64,000 nt of DNA from Rhynchopus sp. YZ270_cl-10 (lineage: Eukaryota): contig OZ037838.1 of the NCBI GenBank assembly GCA_964035575.1, positions 1,860,001-1,924,000 of the forward strand. The letters run 5' to 3'. Both the position numbers and the translations under genes were made by a program. Positions 45,765 through 58,971 of the stretch are shown here, one piece after another (within the stretch, counting starts at the first letter, position 1; each line of letters begins with the position of its first letter). The notes beneath the pieces were generated by a model, which made no database searches, had not been told where the DNA came from, and was given only the letters and a program-made list of their open reading frames with translations.

Positions 45765-47126
45765 ATGTACAGACACGGTCATGGGCATGGGCACCATCAC
45801 AGCCAAGATCCACGCCATGCGAAGCTTGAGCCTTTATTGCAACGCTACGCCCGACCTGGGGTGGTGCGCAACCAGGCGCACAATGTTTTTCAGCAGTACC
45901 CCTTTCTTGACCCGGTGCAAAACGCGCTTGGAGAGGCAGAGCTAGAGGGCACTGTGCAGTGTATGTACCAGGGCACGTCGTACCACTACCCGTTGACGGT
46001 GCGTCTGCCGTTCCGCTATCCGGATGAGAGCGCAATGTGCTTTATCTCGCAGAGGCAGCTTGACAACGCGAATATGATGCTCTCGCCAAGCAACCGCTAT
46101 GTGCGCAACGACGGTATTGTGCAGACAACGTGCGGCAGCCCGCTCATGCCTGTTCTGACACAGGTTGTGCAGCTGTTCCAGGGTACACCCCCTGTGTACG
46201 CCAAGCCAGCACAGCAGGCACCGCCTGCAGTGGTGCGGCCGCCCGCATCGAACCCATACGCACAGCCGCAGCAACCTTCCACGTACACAGCGCAGACGCA
46301 GCATGTTCCCGTGCAGAATCCGTACCAAGGTGGTGGGGGCGGTGGTGGTGCCGTGCAGAAGCCGTATTCAGGTGCTGTGTACCCGCCTCCGGCAGCGCAA
46401 ACCGTGCCTGCTCGTGCAGCGGTGCAGGAGGACGACTGGCAGGGCGAGCTTCTCAAGTCGCTGCGTACTGAGGTGCGTACAGAGCTTGAGTCTCTATGCA
46501 AAGATCAGCAGGCCGAAACGCAGGTATAATGGAGGTTCTTTTTTTTTGAATTTTAGAGTTGCGTACCGGTTTTTTTTTGAAATATGTTTTCCTCACCTCA
46601 TCTCACTTCACCTCACTCGCTGTACAGGGCAATGTAGAGAGTCTTGAGATGCAAGCCGACTCTGCTGCAAAAGACGTTGCTGCACTAGACGCTGAGATCG
46701 AGCAGATGCGGAAGAAGGCGGCCGAGATTCGTGCGAAGGAAGCGCTTTTGGAGGCTAAGGTGAAGGAGGGCAAGGAGTGGCTTGCCGAGAACGAAGGTGC
46801 GCTCAGCAAGAAGCCCGAAGACATGCTCCCGACAAACGAGCTTGACGCGCAGATCATCGAACTCACGGCAGAGAGCAATGCCCTGGACGACATGGTATGT
46901 GGTTGCGCCACCACACAGCAGTTTTTTCCCCCTTCTCCTATTGGCTGTGTGTACAACACAACACCTACAACATCTACCCCTCACAACACACCTTCAGCTC
47001 CACCTTGTCGGCCGCTGTGGCGAGAACGCGGAAACGATTGTGAAGCTCTCCATGGACCTTGGCCGTCGTCGCTTCGAAGCTGTCTGCAAACTCAACAAAG
47101 CTATGAAGAAGAAGGCTGACCTCTGA
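45765..47126 (+). CDS. TSG101: ESCRT-I subunit TSG101/Vps23, 3 exons
   Basis: UEV domain (LEGTVQCMYQGTSYHYPLTVRLPFRYP...PPVYAKP), Pro-rich linker, coiled coil, steadiness-box-like end (AESNALDDM...LGRRRF). Exons 45765-46523, 46628-46894, 46998-47126 joined by phase-0 GT-AG introns. Confidence 0.88.
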
Positions 47127-47551
47127 ATTAATGGGATGTGTGGGGGTGGGGGCTTGGGGTGGGGGGATACCCGGTGGGGGGATGGACGCATGAACTCTCA
47201 TGCAGAGGTGTATGGTGTGTACTGTGGTCTGAGGTGGTTAGGCTTATCAGGTTCATCTGATCCACCTTTTCTTTGTTTTCTTTGATGATGTGCATGCGAA
47301 GGCATATTCATCCCATCCTTTTTTTCTAATTTTTTGAGCTGCACTCGGGACAGGCTTAATCAAAGGTTCTGCATTCAGCCAAGTGTCCCTGCAAGTCATC
47401 AGCTTCATTTTTCAAGATTTTCTTTTCAAATATTTGGATTTTCAGGAAACCCTTTAAACCTCGAAATGGATGTAGGACCACATGGTTGGGTCCACCGCTC
47501 CGGTTATACCGAGGTACACTGTCATGAGAGGACTTTGTACCATAAATGTAA

Positions 47552-49779
47552 GAGAAAAGTTCGATTTCGGCCTCGAAAATACCCGTGACACCGATTTGTC
47601 ACGGTACTTTGTCACGGAATTTTTTTGAAAGATTCGATTTCGTGACAAAAAAAGTTCGATTTCGTGACAAGCCGATTTTTTCATTGACACACAAAATTCA
47701 ATTTAGTGACAAATGACTTTTTTCATTGACAAAAAAAAATTCGATTTCGTGACAAATCCATTTTTTCATTGACAAAAAAATGTCATTGAAAAAAATGGAT
47801 TTTGTCAAGGAAAAAGTCGTGACAGCCAACCCGCCAGTCACTGAAAAGTGACCAGACAGCCACTTGACAAACACAAAAGAGGCCATTCTTGAGCTGTCTA
47901 GAAACCTAAGGGCAGAGACTGAAGACACAAGGTATGATAACTTTATGATTATGCAAGACTTAGTATATCGCGAACACGGTCAGGCTTGCACGCCTCTGGC
48001 CAGAGGCCAGCCCCACTAAATGATATGCAGCAGACACTCATTGCAGATTTCATTTTCATTCGGTAAAAAATTAATGGGTGCGCAAGTTTCTATACCTAAT
48101 ACCCCAACCCTCACCCATACATTCCATTACACACACCAAAACAGATCGAATCCACCAGCGCATGCGACGGAAGCAGATTCAGATTGTGGTTTGATAAGCA
48201 GAGTTCGGTTATTATGGTGGTGGAAAGGGGGGTGGGAACACTTTGTCAGTCACTGCTATAGCCATTAACCAGGGAGCATAGCTAGTGCAAGAAATTCGAC
48301 TTTGGAAACCTTCCGGAAAGTCTGTCCTCTGCTTCCGGAGGACTAGACACAAGAAAATATTGTTTGTTCCCCCAGAAAACCAGTGCACAATTCACACTCC
48401 TTGTGGGTGGTCTTGTTGCCTTTTCGTCATAGTAATTTTGGCCCAGGCATGCTCTTGAAGTATGACAATTTAGTGTGTATGGGGCAGGGTGTTGTTTTGT
48501 TCTGAATTCTCTTTGTTATAACATCTAAGTCAATCGCGGGTGGTGGTTTGTGTAGCGTGAGGCACTCTTTTTAGCAAACTTCCTGCGGCTGCTAAAGTGT
48601 TATTTCTTCGGATTTAACAACGTACAGCGTAACATAGTGGTTTAGCCTGGTCGACACAACCTTTGATAGATACGGGATAACCAACCCCCTTCGACCCCTC
48701 GTGGGTTCACTGAACAAGCCCTAGTGGTAGTTAAACGCGATTGACATTTACATTCCTAGAGATGAAAGAACAAGATAACACTTCTGTACCCGCGCATCAA
48801 AATTGTGGAAAACTTTGCACCCCAAACACCCTCAACAACGCCCGCCAAAAGGCGCCCCTTGTTGCTGGGAGTTGGTTCTCATTGATACACTGCACAGCAG
48901 GCATTCCTCTGAGTCCAACGCATGTTTGGCCTGTCTGCGGCGTTGTACTTCAGGTGCACGAAGACAGGGTCTGGTGGTAAATTTTGCGTAGTACTGCGAC
49001 GTGGTACTACGTGGGTCTGGGAACCTGGTACCTGGGTACAGGATATTTGTTGTAAAGACATCTTCCACCATGCATTGAGGAGGGTAAGACAGTGTTCGCA
49101 GTTTCTACCTGATAGCATTACACATTTAACTTCTCCACGGGGGTCTTGGGCCGTTCATTCGGTTATACCTTGACTACCGGAAGATATTCTTGAGGCCTTT
49201 TTGGTCTCTAGAATATCCGGTCTTCCCGAACGGAGGCACACTTTGTGTGTTACTACGACCTGGCAATTTCCAGCAGTAGGTTAAGTAATCTTTCTTGTAA
49301 ATTGTTGGATCATTATCTCCTCAGTGCATGAATGCCCCACGTGACTGGACACTTTTGTGTTTGTCATGTGGAGCTGTGGTTGCTCTTTCACGACTTTTAT
49401 CCTTGTATCCAGTGTACCCAGTACCCAGTGCCCTGTCACGACTTTTTCCGTGACAAAAAGTTTGGTTTCCTTGACAAAATCCATTTCTGTCACGACTTTT
49501 TCCTTGACAAAAAGTTCGGTTTCCTTGACAAAATCCATTTTTTCATTGACATTTTTTTGTCACTGAATTTTTGGATTTGTCACGAAATCGAATTTTTTTT
49601 GTCAATGAAAAAATCGGTTTGTCACGAAATCGAATTTTGTGTGTCAATGAAAAAATTGGTTTGTCACGAAATCGATTTTTTTTTGTCACGAAATCGAATC
49701 TTTCAAAAAAATTCCGTGACAAAATTCCGTGACAAATCGGTGTCACGGTAATTTTCGAGGCCGAAATCGAACTTTTCTC
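47552..49779. mobile_element. Non-autonomous MULE-like element
   Basis: ~270-bp TIRs starting GAGAAAAGTTCGATTTCGGCC; 9-bp TSD TAAATGTAA (47543-47551, 49780-49788). Confidence 0.88.
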
Positions 49780-52194
49780 TAAATGTAAATATGTTGGAAC
49801 GAAAGAACGTTTTTCGAGCAGTTCCAACATTGTTACATTTACGGTATTTAGTCATCCTTTTTAGTGAATGTGACTAGCATGAGACGCTTTAGTGAAGGAG
49901 GCCAACGTAATAACATTTTTCTTTTTTTCTAATAACTTCTGAATCGAATGACAACGACTGCGAGACCTAGGGTCATCTTACCAACTGTTTGCCTCCGTTG
50001 AGAAAGTCGGCAACGTTTTTTAAAAAATACAAAACCATTTTTTTTCAGTCCTGCGATTTGTTTTCAGTGTGGGCCGAGCCTATCTAGCCTTTATATGTAT
50101 TGAGTTTGTGTTCTATCCGTTTTGTTCGGTGCTTTGGGCCATGGGGGGTGTTTTCATACAAAACTTTTCTTGGGGTGACCGAGCGTTTTTTTGCACAGGC
50201 TCAGGGGTTATTTTTTTTCTGGAAATAATGGCTTTTTTCCAGGTTTGAGATGACGCAATCCTCTTCACAAAGCTATCTTTGGTGATTATTGTTAGCTTCA
50301 TCTTTTACCTCTCTTTTTTTTTGCTTTCTTTTTGTCCCCCTGTACTGTCCACTCACCAAGGTACTGGCATGAGTGGGGCTTTTGTGTTTGAAGTCACTGT
50401 GTCGGCAGCACTTAAAACAGCTGCATAAAATTTACCTGTAAAAAAAAGATATGTGGTAAATTACTAATGATAAATATACATGTGGTCTGGGAAGGTAACG
50501 TTCCACTATGCAACCCTCTCCCCCATTTTGTGACGTTTCCTCACCCTTTTTTTTGCAGTTTCTGATTTTTGTGCAATTCAGAGAGGGGGTGGGAAGGGGG
50601 AAAGGGGAAAGGGGGGTGTTTCTTGTGTTCTGCATGTGTGCTTTTAAAGTAGGTTTAGTTAATATTTTTACACTTTGAAAGGCTTTACGCGCACAAAGTC
50701 GTAAAAATATTTTCTCCGTCGCTACAAATGGTAGAAGGTCTCGTAACACACCGTAAAAACTTGTACTTCCTTTAAATCACTCCATAAGGGCGCGGGAGCA
50801 TATTTTAAAATAAAAATCGCATATTTTTTTGTGTGAGAAGCGCTGCATCGTCAGTCGGAGGTGCCTGCATCAACACCAGTCTTTTCTTCGTGCACGTCAG
50901 TTACAAATTATTCAAAAAAATATAGTATAGTGGAGTTCATCCTCGGGTGTCTACACTAATACAACCAAGTTTTCAAAAAAGAAGAAAAACAAACAATAAT
51001 TGCGTAGGCTGGCTTCTAGTAGTGTGCACCTGATTGATGTTTTTTTTTTTTGAAAATGTGATGATCCCACAGTGCTCCGTCTTGAGCACTTTTACCTTAT
51101 GGGTCCTTATGATGGCTCATATTGCCTCTTCTAATCGAGGCACGATGTAATGGGTGTTGTGTGCGCTGCATTCGTGAGGCTACATAAATTAGCCTTTTTT
51201 TTGCGTTTTGTTTTAGTATAGATGTGTACTGACCACATTAAGCAACACGTGTAGTGCAGTATACACGTGGTCATGTGTGTTGCGTATCTTCATCTTCAGC
51301 TTTTCTGTTCAGTGCTTCGTTCAATGTTTCTGAATCTGTTTCAGTTTATCTTTTCAAGATTTGGTTTTTTCAGAGGTAGGAACTGCAAGACCCCACACAC
51401 GAGAGGGCTGTATTTCAAGTCAAAATTTGTTTTTTTTTTTTTGAGGGGGTACTTCAGAAGGGCCCTCCCAACCTGAACATGTTTTGTTTGCCGAGTTTTT
51501 CTCACATTCTGATTCATTTGTTTCTCCGACTGAGATGCATTTTTAGCACGTTTCAACTACTCTTTGTTTCACACAGACGACACGCCCTCATCTACAGTAG
51601 AGAGGCACGGGACAGCTTTGGTGGAAGTGTCCCGCATGATGCCATCAGCCTTGAGGTGTCTGCACGTTTTCAAAATCCAAGACAACCTACGCTCAGAGTG
51701 GTACATTTTCAACCTGTTTCGCACGCATTTTCCCCGCGATTACTGTTTTTTAGAATCAACAGAGTGTGTTTTACAATTTTTAGATAAAAGAGAAGTGCGT
51801 TCAATTTCATCCTGCTTTTCATTGGAAGAAAATCTTCCGTTTTTTTGGGTCGTAGAACAAAACACTGAGCATTTTTCTATAAAGTGCGGACCATCGTACC
51901 ATGGAATGTATGGTTTTTTTCCCTTTCTTCTCGTGTCTTTTTTTTTCCTTCTTTTCTTCTGGACCAAATTGCGTATCGGGAGCGGGTCTAGTTCAAAAGC
52001 TAAGAGCAAAACCCTGTCATCTCTTCACTGATATTCCTCTTTCTCTGCAAAAAATAATACAAAAAAAACCCCGAACAAACATCATTTCCCCCCTCTATTA
52101 CATCCTTACCACACCAACACTTACCTCAACACAGAACACATTCCTCCTCCTTCCCCCTTTCCTTCCTTCCTTCCTGACAACACAACACCACCAC

Positions 52195-54375
52195 ATGGCG
52201 TCTCTAGCCTCCCCTGCAGGCTACTCACCTTTGTCGCACAGAGAGGAAACACTCAACCTTGAGAACGAAACAATGTTGAAGACGATTTTTCAACTTCAAC
52301 AGCAACTTATCGAACGCGACTCCATCATCCACGAACTGCACCACAAGACGCATGTCAAGCAGGAGGACGAGGCGAAGAAACTTGAAATCAAATCGGGCTT
52401 CAGCGTCATCGAAAAACGCCACGTCGACACCTCCAGCACTGATGCGGTTTTGAACGATTCGGTCCACCACTTGATCTATACTCTGACTGAAACGTACAGC
52501 GGACCGGTTGGGGTTTTACTGTTGGATGTACCACAAAACGCTTCCATTGGCGCAACGAACACAGACCTGCGGACACACATTCTTCTCAAAAGCTATTGGG
52601 AGTCGAACAGCAGCCTCCCTACTGCGTCCACCGATGCGCTGCAGAATCTGTCCAGCTTCCGCGACGTCATCACACAGAAGAAGGGCAAAGTCTACAGCGA
52701 CTGGGAGATTTCTGCGATACGTACTGACAGTCCAGACTTTCTTGTATCCGTGAAGCACCTCGGTGTGGTGCCCATCGTGGTCGATGGGATGTCGATTGGC
52801 TTGGTCCTCTTTGTGAACACTACTTTCTCCGAGCGTGACCCACGTTTGGTCAAATCGGTGCTGGCAGAGCTGTGGACGTCTAATGTGCAGCCTCTGATCA
52901 ACGTTGCGCTGGATACGCAGCGTAAGAAGGAGACGGAGTCGATTCTTGTGACAGAGAGTTTGGTGCGTGATGAAATAATTCTGTCGTTGGATACTATCCT
53001 CGATGACGTTGTGAAGTCCGCATTGCACACCACTCCACCAGGGAGGAGCACCAGCGAGCATCTCTGGCGGGTGATTCTGCAGCGTGTTGCCGATTTCTTT
53101 GAGGAGTACTTTCTGTCCGACACGATCGTTGCGGTGACCAACACGGAGGCAAACTTCCGCATCCAAGACCTCCGCACCTCCTCTGGTGGGGGCGGGTCAC
53201 GTCGCGGATCGTTCACACAAAACGACTGCGGAGATCTGCAGTTCATGCACTACGTTTTCTCTGAATCTCTCAAACACGTCCGCAAAACGAAGATGAAGGA
53301 TCTCGCACACCCTGACCTTTCCCAAGCACGTCTCATGCGAGAGGTTATGTCCAAAGGAGAGCCTTTCTACAGCCCAAACTGCAAAGGCATTACCTTTCCG
53401 TGTGGACATATGAAAATGAACTGTCTCCTGTTGGTGCCGATTCTGTTCTGTGAAGAGCCTGTAGGCATGCTTGGGCTTGCGAATGGTGAGTTTTCGGTGT
53501 CTAGCGGAAGGATTTTGCAGAGTGTCTTCACGACGTTCTGGTCGATGATCGTTAAGGCGACGATTATGAGCGAGTCGCAGAAGGTTCTGAACGCAGCCCT
53601 GCCCTGCGCCATCTCCGACCGCGTCAAGAACGGCGAAAAAATCGCGGACTGCTACCCAACTGCAACTGTTCTGTTCGCTGACATTGTTGGCTTCACTGAG
53701 TTCACCAAAGAGCTTGACTCATACGAAGTGGTGGAGTACAGCAATCTCATCTTCACTAGACTTGACGATTTAGTCCAAAAATACCAGCTCGAAAAGATCA
53801 AGGTGATTGGAGACTGCTACATGGTGGCTGGTGGGCTTCTCAATAAAAGCGGCAAGAACACTTCGAAGGTCACAGACCGTGCGCAACAGTCGCAAATGCG
53901 CGACATCGTCAACTTCGGGATGCGCATCCTCAACGAGGCTGTTCTCATCAATAAGGACACTTCAGGGTGTTCGCAGAAGATCCGCGACAAGCTGAAGGTG
54001 ATGCCACTCCAATTCCGCATCGGCGTCAGCGAAGGCCCCCTCACAGCCGGCGTCTTTGGAACCGGCAAGGTACAGTACGATGTGTTAGGCGCAACAGTCA
54101 ACCTCGCATCCCGCCTGGAGTCCAGCGGAAGAGCTGGAGGCATCCAGGTCAGTTCGACCATCTACGACGAGCTGTCCAAGGAAGGCTACACATTCGAAAA
54201 GCGTAAACCGATCTGTCTCAAGGGGCTTGGCCTGCGCCAGACGTACTTCCTGCTTGGAGGTGGCGACGTGTCGGTGTCGGTCCACGCGCCACCTCAAAAG
54301 TCGCCACTACCCGAGCACTCCCCAAAGTCACCCATCTCACCTTCCGGCATTTCCCCAATGATTAGGGCAGGATGA
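52195..54375 (+). CDS. Soluble class III adenylyl cyclase with GAF-like sensory regions
   Basis: VLFADIVGFT, EKIKVIGDCYM, YDVLGATVNLASRLES (K/D = ATP specificity); GAF-like C-terminal strands VVPIVVDGMSIGLVLFVN and LLVPILFCEEPVGMLGLAN; N-terminal coiled coil. Confidence 0.9.
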   Translation: MASLASPAGYSPLSHREETLNLENETMLKTIFQLQQQLIERDSIIHELHHKTHVKQEDEAKKLEIKSGFSVIEKRHVDTSSTDAVLNDSVHHLIYTLTETYSGPVGVLLLDVPQNASIGATNTDLRTHILLKSYWESNSSLPTASTDALQNLSSFRDVITQKKGKVYSDWEISAIRTDSPDFLVSVKHLGVVPIVVDGMSIGLVLFVNTTFSERDPRLVKSVLAELWTSNVQPLINVALDTQRKKETESILVTESLVRDEIILSLDTILDDVVKSALHTTPPGRSTSEHLWRVILQRVADFFEEYFLSDTIVAVTNTEANFRIQDLRTSSGGGGSRRGSFTQNDCGDLQFMHYVFSESLKHVRKTKMKDLAHPDLSQARLMREVMSKGEPFYSPNCKGITFPCGHMKMNCLLLVPILFCEEPVGMLGLANGEFSVSSGRILQSVFTTFWSMIVKATIMSESQKVLNAALPCAISDRVKNGEKIADCYPTATVLFADIVGFTEFTKELDSYEVVEYSNLIFTRLDDLVQKYQLEKIKVIGDCYMVAGGLLNKSGKNTSKVTDRAQQSQMRDIVNFGMRILNEAVLINKDTSGCSQKIRDKLKVMPLQFRIGVSEGPLTAGVFGTGKVQYDVLGATVNLASRLESSGRAGGIQVSSTIYDELSKEGYTFEKRKPICLKGLGLRQTYFLLGGGDVSVSVHAPPQKSPLPEHSPKSPISPSGISPMIRAG

Positions 54376-55547
54376 GCCTTTTGAGAATAAAATGCAATGA
54401 AATGACATTCTCAGTTGAGGGTGTCTCTGTGTTATCATTTTTTTTATGTCCAACTTTATGTGTGGTTGCCTGTACAGCTCAATACGTAGGATGTAAAATG
54501 CAGAGGTGGCTCTGAGTATGTCCTGTAGTAAATTGGTTGGTTGCCTTACTCTATCAGAAGGCTTGGTTTTTATTCTTTCTTTCCCCGATTCTTTCCTTCC
54601 CCCAATGCGACACATGGCTGGTAAGGCCTGTGCAGCAGTAAGGACAAAGAAGGACGAATACCAATCGAAAAATACAAAATTTTGTCAAATTGACTCAATA
54701 CAAAAATAATAGTAAAGAACTCGATACAAACAGCCTATCAATTACTTTTACAGAAATATTCCCCCCCTACCCCTTTGAATTAAAAAAAAACGGAAGCAAA
54801 AAAAAAACATAAAACCAGAGCAAAACAGAGAACCAAACCATTTTTCTAAGATGTGTGCACGAGAGGCGCCTTCATCTTTTAAGGGTTCTCTTTTTTCCCT
54901 ATTTTTTACCTACTTTTTTAAACCTAATTATCCACCATGGGTGGTAGGCGTTCTCTGATAGACTTCGACATTGTGCAGATATCTACCCCAGTTGGTTGTA
55001 AATGTGATTGTTGCAACCTTTACCTGATCACGATGTACGCAAACTGTCTTTCAGTCAACTCATCGAAAGAAGAACCAGCGATGTGATGCAGGCTATGGGT
55101 TCGGTTCCACAGAACCCCTTAATTGCTACCAAACCACCTAGTCATAAAACACTAGTCATTTTTTGGACTAGAGCACTGCTAGTCGTCCCCATGACTAGAC
55201 CGTGGGTTGTTGGTGTCTCAACCAAAACCAAATAATTTAAGAGAGCTTTTTTTTTTTGAAAGAACGCGAAAAAACAAAAATTCCCCCCGAAATCCCCGAT
55301 GGTTTCACCCCTTAGAAGGAGGCGCTTGCCAATTGCAGCCTCGCCCGTACCCCTATATGCGAATATGTATTGTATGAGATTCCTAAGCACGAGAGGCTCA
55401 GGTTCATCTCTGGGGCATCTGAAAAGGGCTACCTGATAGGGGGAGACACTGTGTGACGTTGTGAGACGATAAAATAGTGAGACCCCTTGAGACCCTGTAT
55501 TGTAACAAAAAAATAATCCGTCTCACCCTTTTCAGATGACCCAAATC

Positions 55548-55705
55548 ACTTTTCTTTTTTCTTTTTTCTTTTTTCTTTTTTCTTTTTTCTTTTTTCTTTT
55601 TTCTTTTTTCTTTTTTCTTTTTTCTTTTTTCTTTTTTCTTTTTTCTTTTTTCTTTTTTCTTTTTTCTTTTTTCTTTTTTCTTTTTTCTTTTTTCTTTTCT
55701 TTCAT
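55548..55705. repeat. (CTTTTTT)n microsatellite
   Basis: Tandem 7-mer. Confidence 0.95.
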
Positions 55706-58700
55706 TTCCAGGCACAAGAGGCTTAGGATCATCTTATAAACTTTTCTTTTGTCTTTTTTTCCACAAGCGAAGGCTTGTTGACAAAGAAAAGAACAACCTA
55801 CCTATGTACGGGCAACGGTTTGCGGGTTTTTTGATGATCAGTAATTATTATGTTATGAACAAAATAATTCAATACACTCGTGTTTCTATGATCTAGTTTT
55901 GCGTGCAAAATGTTTCTCCATGTATTGCATTGAACAAGATGGTGGTTCCGTGCATATCATAGAACCTGGCGCCTTGTGTCTCCCAAAAACTTACAAAAGC
56001 GTTATGTGAAGTGTTGAAGGAAAAATAAAATTATTTCAAAAAAAAAGGTGTCGGTCCAAAATGAGTTCTCTTTAAATCTTCATGTTTCATCGCTAGAGGA
56101 AATGGTTTGTTTTTTGACTAATATTTTAGAACGAAATCACTTAAACGGGGGTGTCCGTCACAAACAGCTGGGCTCCCTTTTTTTTCCCCCGTGAGATTTG
56201 ACTTTAGTGCAGGACTCACTTTCACCAATGAGGACAGCATGGTTTCAGTCCACCCTGTTTGCTTCTTATTAGTAGTACTCTGGTCACACCATAGGGCTAG
56301 AAGTATCTATGACGCATTTTTTTTGTGAACCGCCTCCGTTCTCTTACGGTACGGAACACCACCCACGTCCCACTTTTAGTGCGTTTTAGCATTTCAGCCG
56401 CTCTTTCTTTTCACCCACCCGCTTTACTTCATACCCGAACCACATCACGTACGTGCCACATTGTGAACTCTGGTTGGGGAAATGCCATCATCCTCCGACT
56501 CCCTGGAATCTCACGCAGCTGATGCTGCGCGATAAACGAACGTGATCAAAAAAAAAGGTGACTAAGCACATACTAAGCACAGCTTTACTTAAAAAAAACA
56601 ACAAATGACTGATGAATAAACCAAAGAATAATCAGACTAAGCACATAGAGGCTTAGGTTCATCTGATACAAAACTCTTCTTCTTCTTTGCATCCCCTTAC
56701 AAAGCACACGGCTTCATCTTACAAAACCTTTTTGGTTCTCTTATCCTTGAGGCGTGTGCAGGACGCCCTTTGGATTGTACTCTCACCGTTTTTGAGTGGA
56801 AGCGAGATTATCTTCTTTTAAGCGAAACGGAGATACGAGCTCTATCCATCTTAACCTCAACTCTGATCGTTTTTCTCTTTCTTTTGTCGGATGGATGCGA
56901 TCAACAAACAAGAAACAACGAACAAAGAAAGGGGGGGTATTTTGTTTTTGTTTCTTTTCCGACGTTTTTGAAATTCTGTACAATTGTATACAATACGGTA
57001 CTGAGAAGAATATTTAGTTGGAAAAACAAAATCTACCATTATATAGGAGCGGGACAATCGGAAGGGAGACAACTACATTGATTTTACACCCTCTACGTAC
57101 AGTACAAGAGGCGTCTGTACAGTATCTGTGTTCACTTCCCCCTTTCATACGTTCAGTTTACCTGTTAATACAGTTACAATATACTAGTCACGTGTTACTT
57201 CTCGTTCGAATTTTCTGGTACTCTGCACGCCTGAGTTTCGCTCATTGATTGGGACGGCGTGCCACTTGGTTAGGTACCCGAGTTGCAAGGCCCGTTCTGT
57301 TTTATTTTTAGGCCGTGAAAAAATCATTTATTTACCTCCCTTTTTCTCTCTCTCTCTCTCTGCTGTTGTCATCCTCCCTGAGTTGTATGTGTGTGCTGCT
57401 TGAAACTCTGTTTTCATTTTTGTATTTCGAGTCAACTTTTTTACGATCCCCCTTTTTCCATGGAGGGGCTCCAAATACGTTCTCCGTTGTTTTTACACGA
57501 CGGTGAAGTACGTGACTTGACTTGTGGCGCCGTTGGCTTGCAAAGGTGCCACATAAGGCAAGTTGTTTACTTCCACCTCGTCGCGAAGGGTATGTTCACA
57601 CACAACTCCCTTCTCGTGTGTAATTATTTCGTCAGTAGATCGGTGGTGGGGGGGTTTTTATCTTTCAAGCTTTTGTCGTTTCTTTCTCTCTCTTTTTTAT
57701 TTGACAAAATTAACTTGAAGAAAAACAGAACAGCCATGCAACTACCTTTTCCCTCTTTTATTGTGTTCTTATTTTTTCGCTGTAATACAGTATTCCATTT
57801 TTGGATTTTCCTTTTTTTTGCAAAGATCTGTGTGCACGTGAGGCACATTAGAATCTTTCAAATTTTCTATTTTTTTTTTCCAAATATTTTAGTGCCCCCC
57901 TCTCTGTACCCCAACCTTCTCTTCCTTCCTCTTTCCTTTCTCTCTCTCTCTTTTCCCTCCATGGGTGTGACTCAGTACATTTATAAGAGAAATTTCGTCA
58001 TCCATTCCGTTCTCGATGATGAGTTGGGTGTTTTCCCCCCAAAAAAGAAGTTTTTGTTCCGACTGACGAGCGGTTGTGCACCGCTCTTTCTCTTACGGTA
58101 CGGGAAAGTCATTAGGTTTCCTTTTCTTTTTTACACCTTCTGTTTGTCCGCAGGGTATTTTGTGCTTTCATCCGGATGGCTGGCATCGTACAGTGGGTCA
58201 GTAGGAAGTGCCTGCATCAACAACTACAGTTTGTCTGTAAAACCCTTCACTCTCCTTTTATTGATGTGAAAAGGGATCCAAGAAAGCAAGAACCCACACC
58301 AAGAAAAAGAACCCAACACACACAGTCGGTACAATGTCTCATCATCCACACACTCCGTCTAACCTTCAAAAGAGGAGACACGTTGTTTTTTTTGAACCAG
58401 TCTTTTGATATGGTGATTTTTCTTTCATTCTTTTGTTTTTTTCTGAATTTCCTTTATTTCAAAAAAAGAGGTGCTTTTTTGTACTGATCTTCGAGAGGGG
58501 CTGTCCTGTCCCCCTTATGGTTGAGGTGTTATTCGTTTATTTTTTTTTTTGTATTTCGAAACCAATATTTCTGAATTTTCAAGTCAAATTTTAGTTCTTT
58601 TTTGGGTGGGGGGAGACTCCACTCGGGACTCCAGGGGGGGAGGTATAACAAATGCACCTGGGCCTTGTCAGATTTCGGGTATGAACATTCCGAAGAAAAA

Positions 58701-58971
58701 AAAAAGAATTACCATTTCCCCCACCCTATACCTTTCCACCTTTTGCACCGCACTCTGCCCTGCCGTTTCCGTTCCCTCACCCTTCGCACCCTCCCCCAAC
58801 AGAACACACACCCCCCTTGGTAATGTAACGAGGTACCAACACTCATCCCTTTTTTTTCCCCCACATTTTTGTTTTGGGTACTACATTCGACGAAACGCTT
58901 TTGGGGACCACATTTTTTGAGGGACAATCCACACCTGTGAACGGAGGTACCCTCCTTCTCTTCTGCACACG

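Noticed and set aside
57391..58269. 292-aa Phe/Leu-rich ORF
   Set aside because: T-rich low-complexity intergenic DNA that overlaps dispersed repeats, with no coding-like composition.
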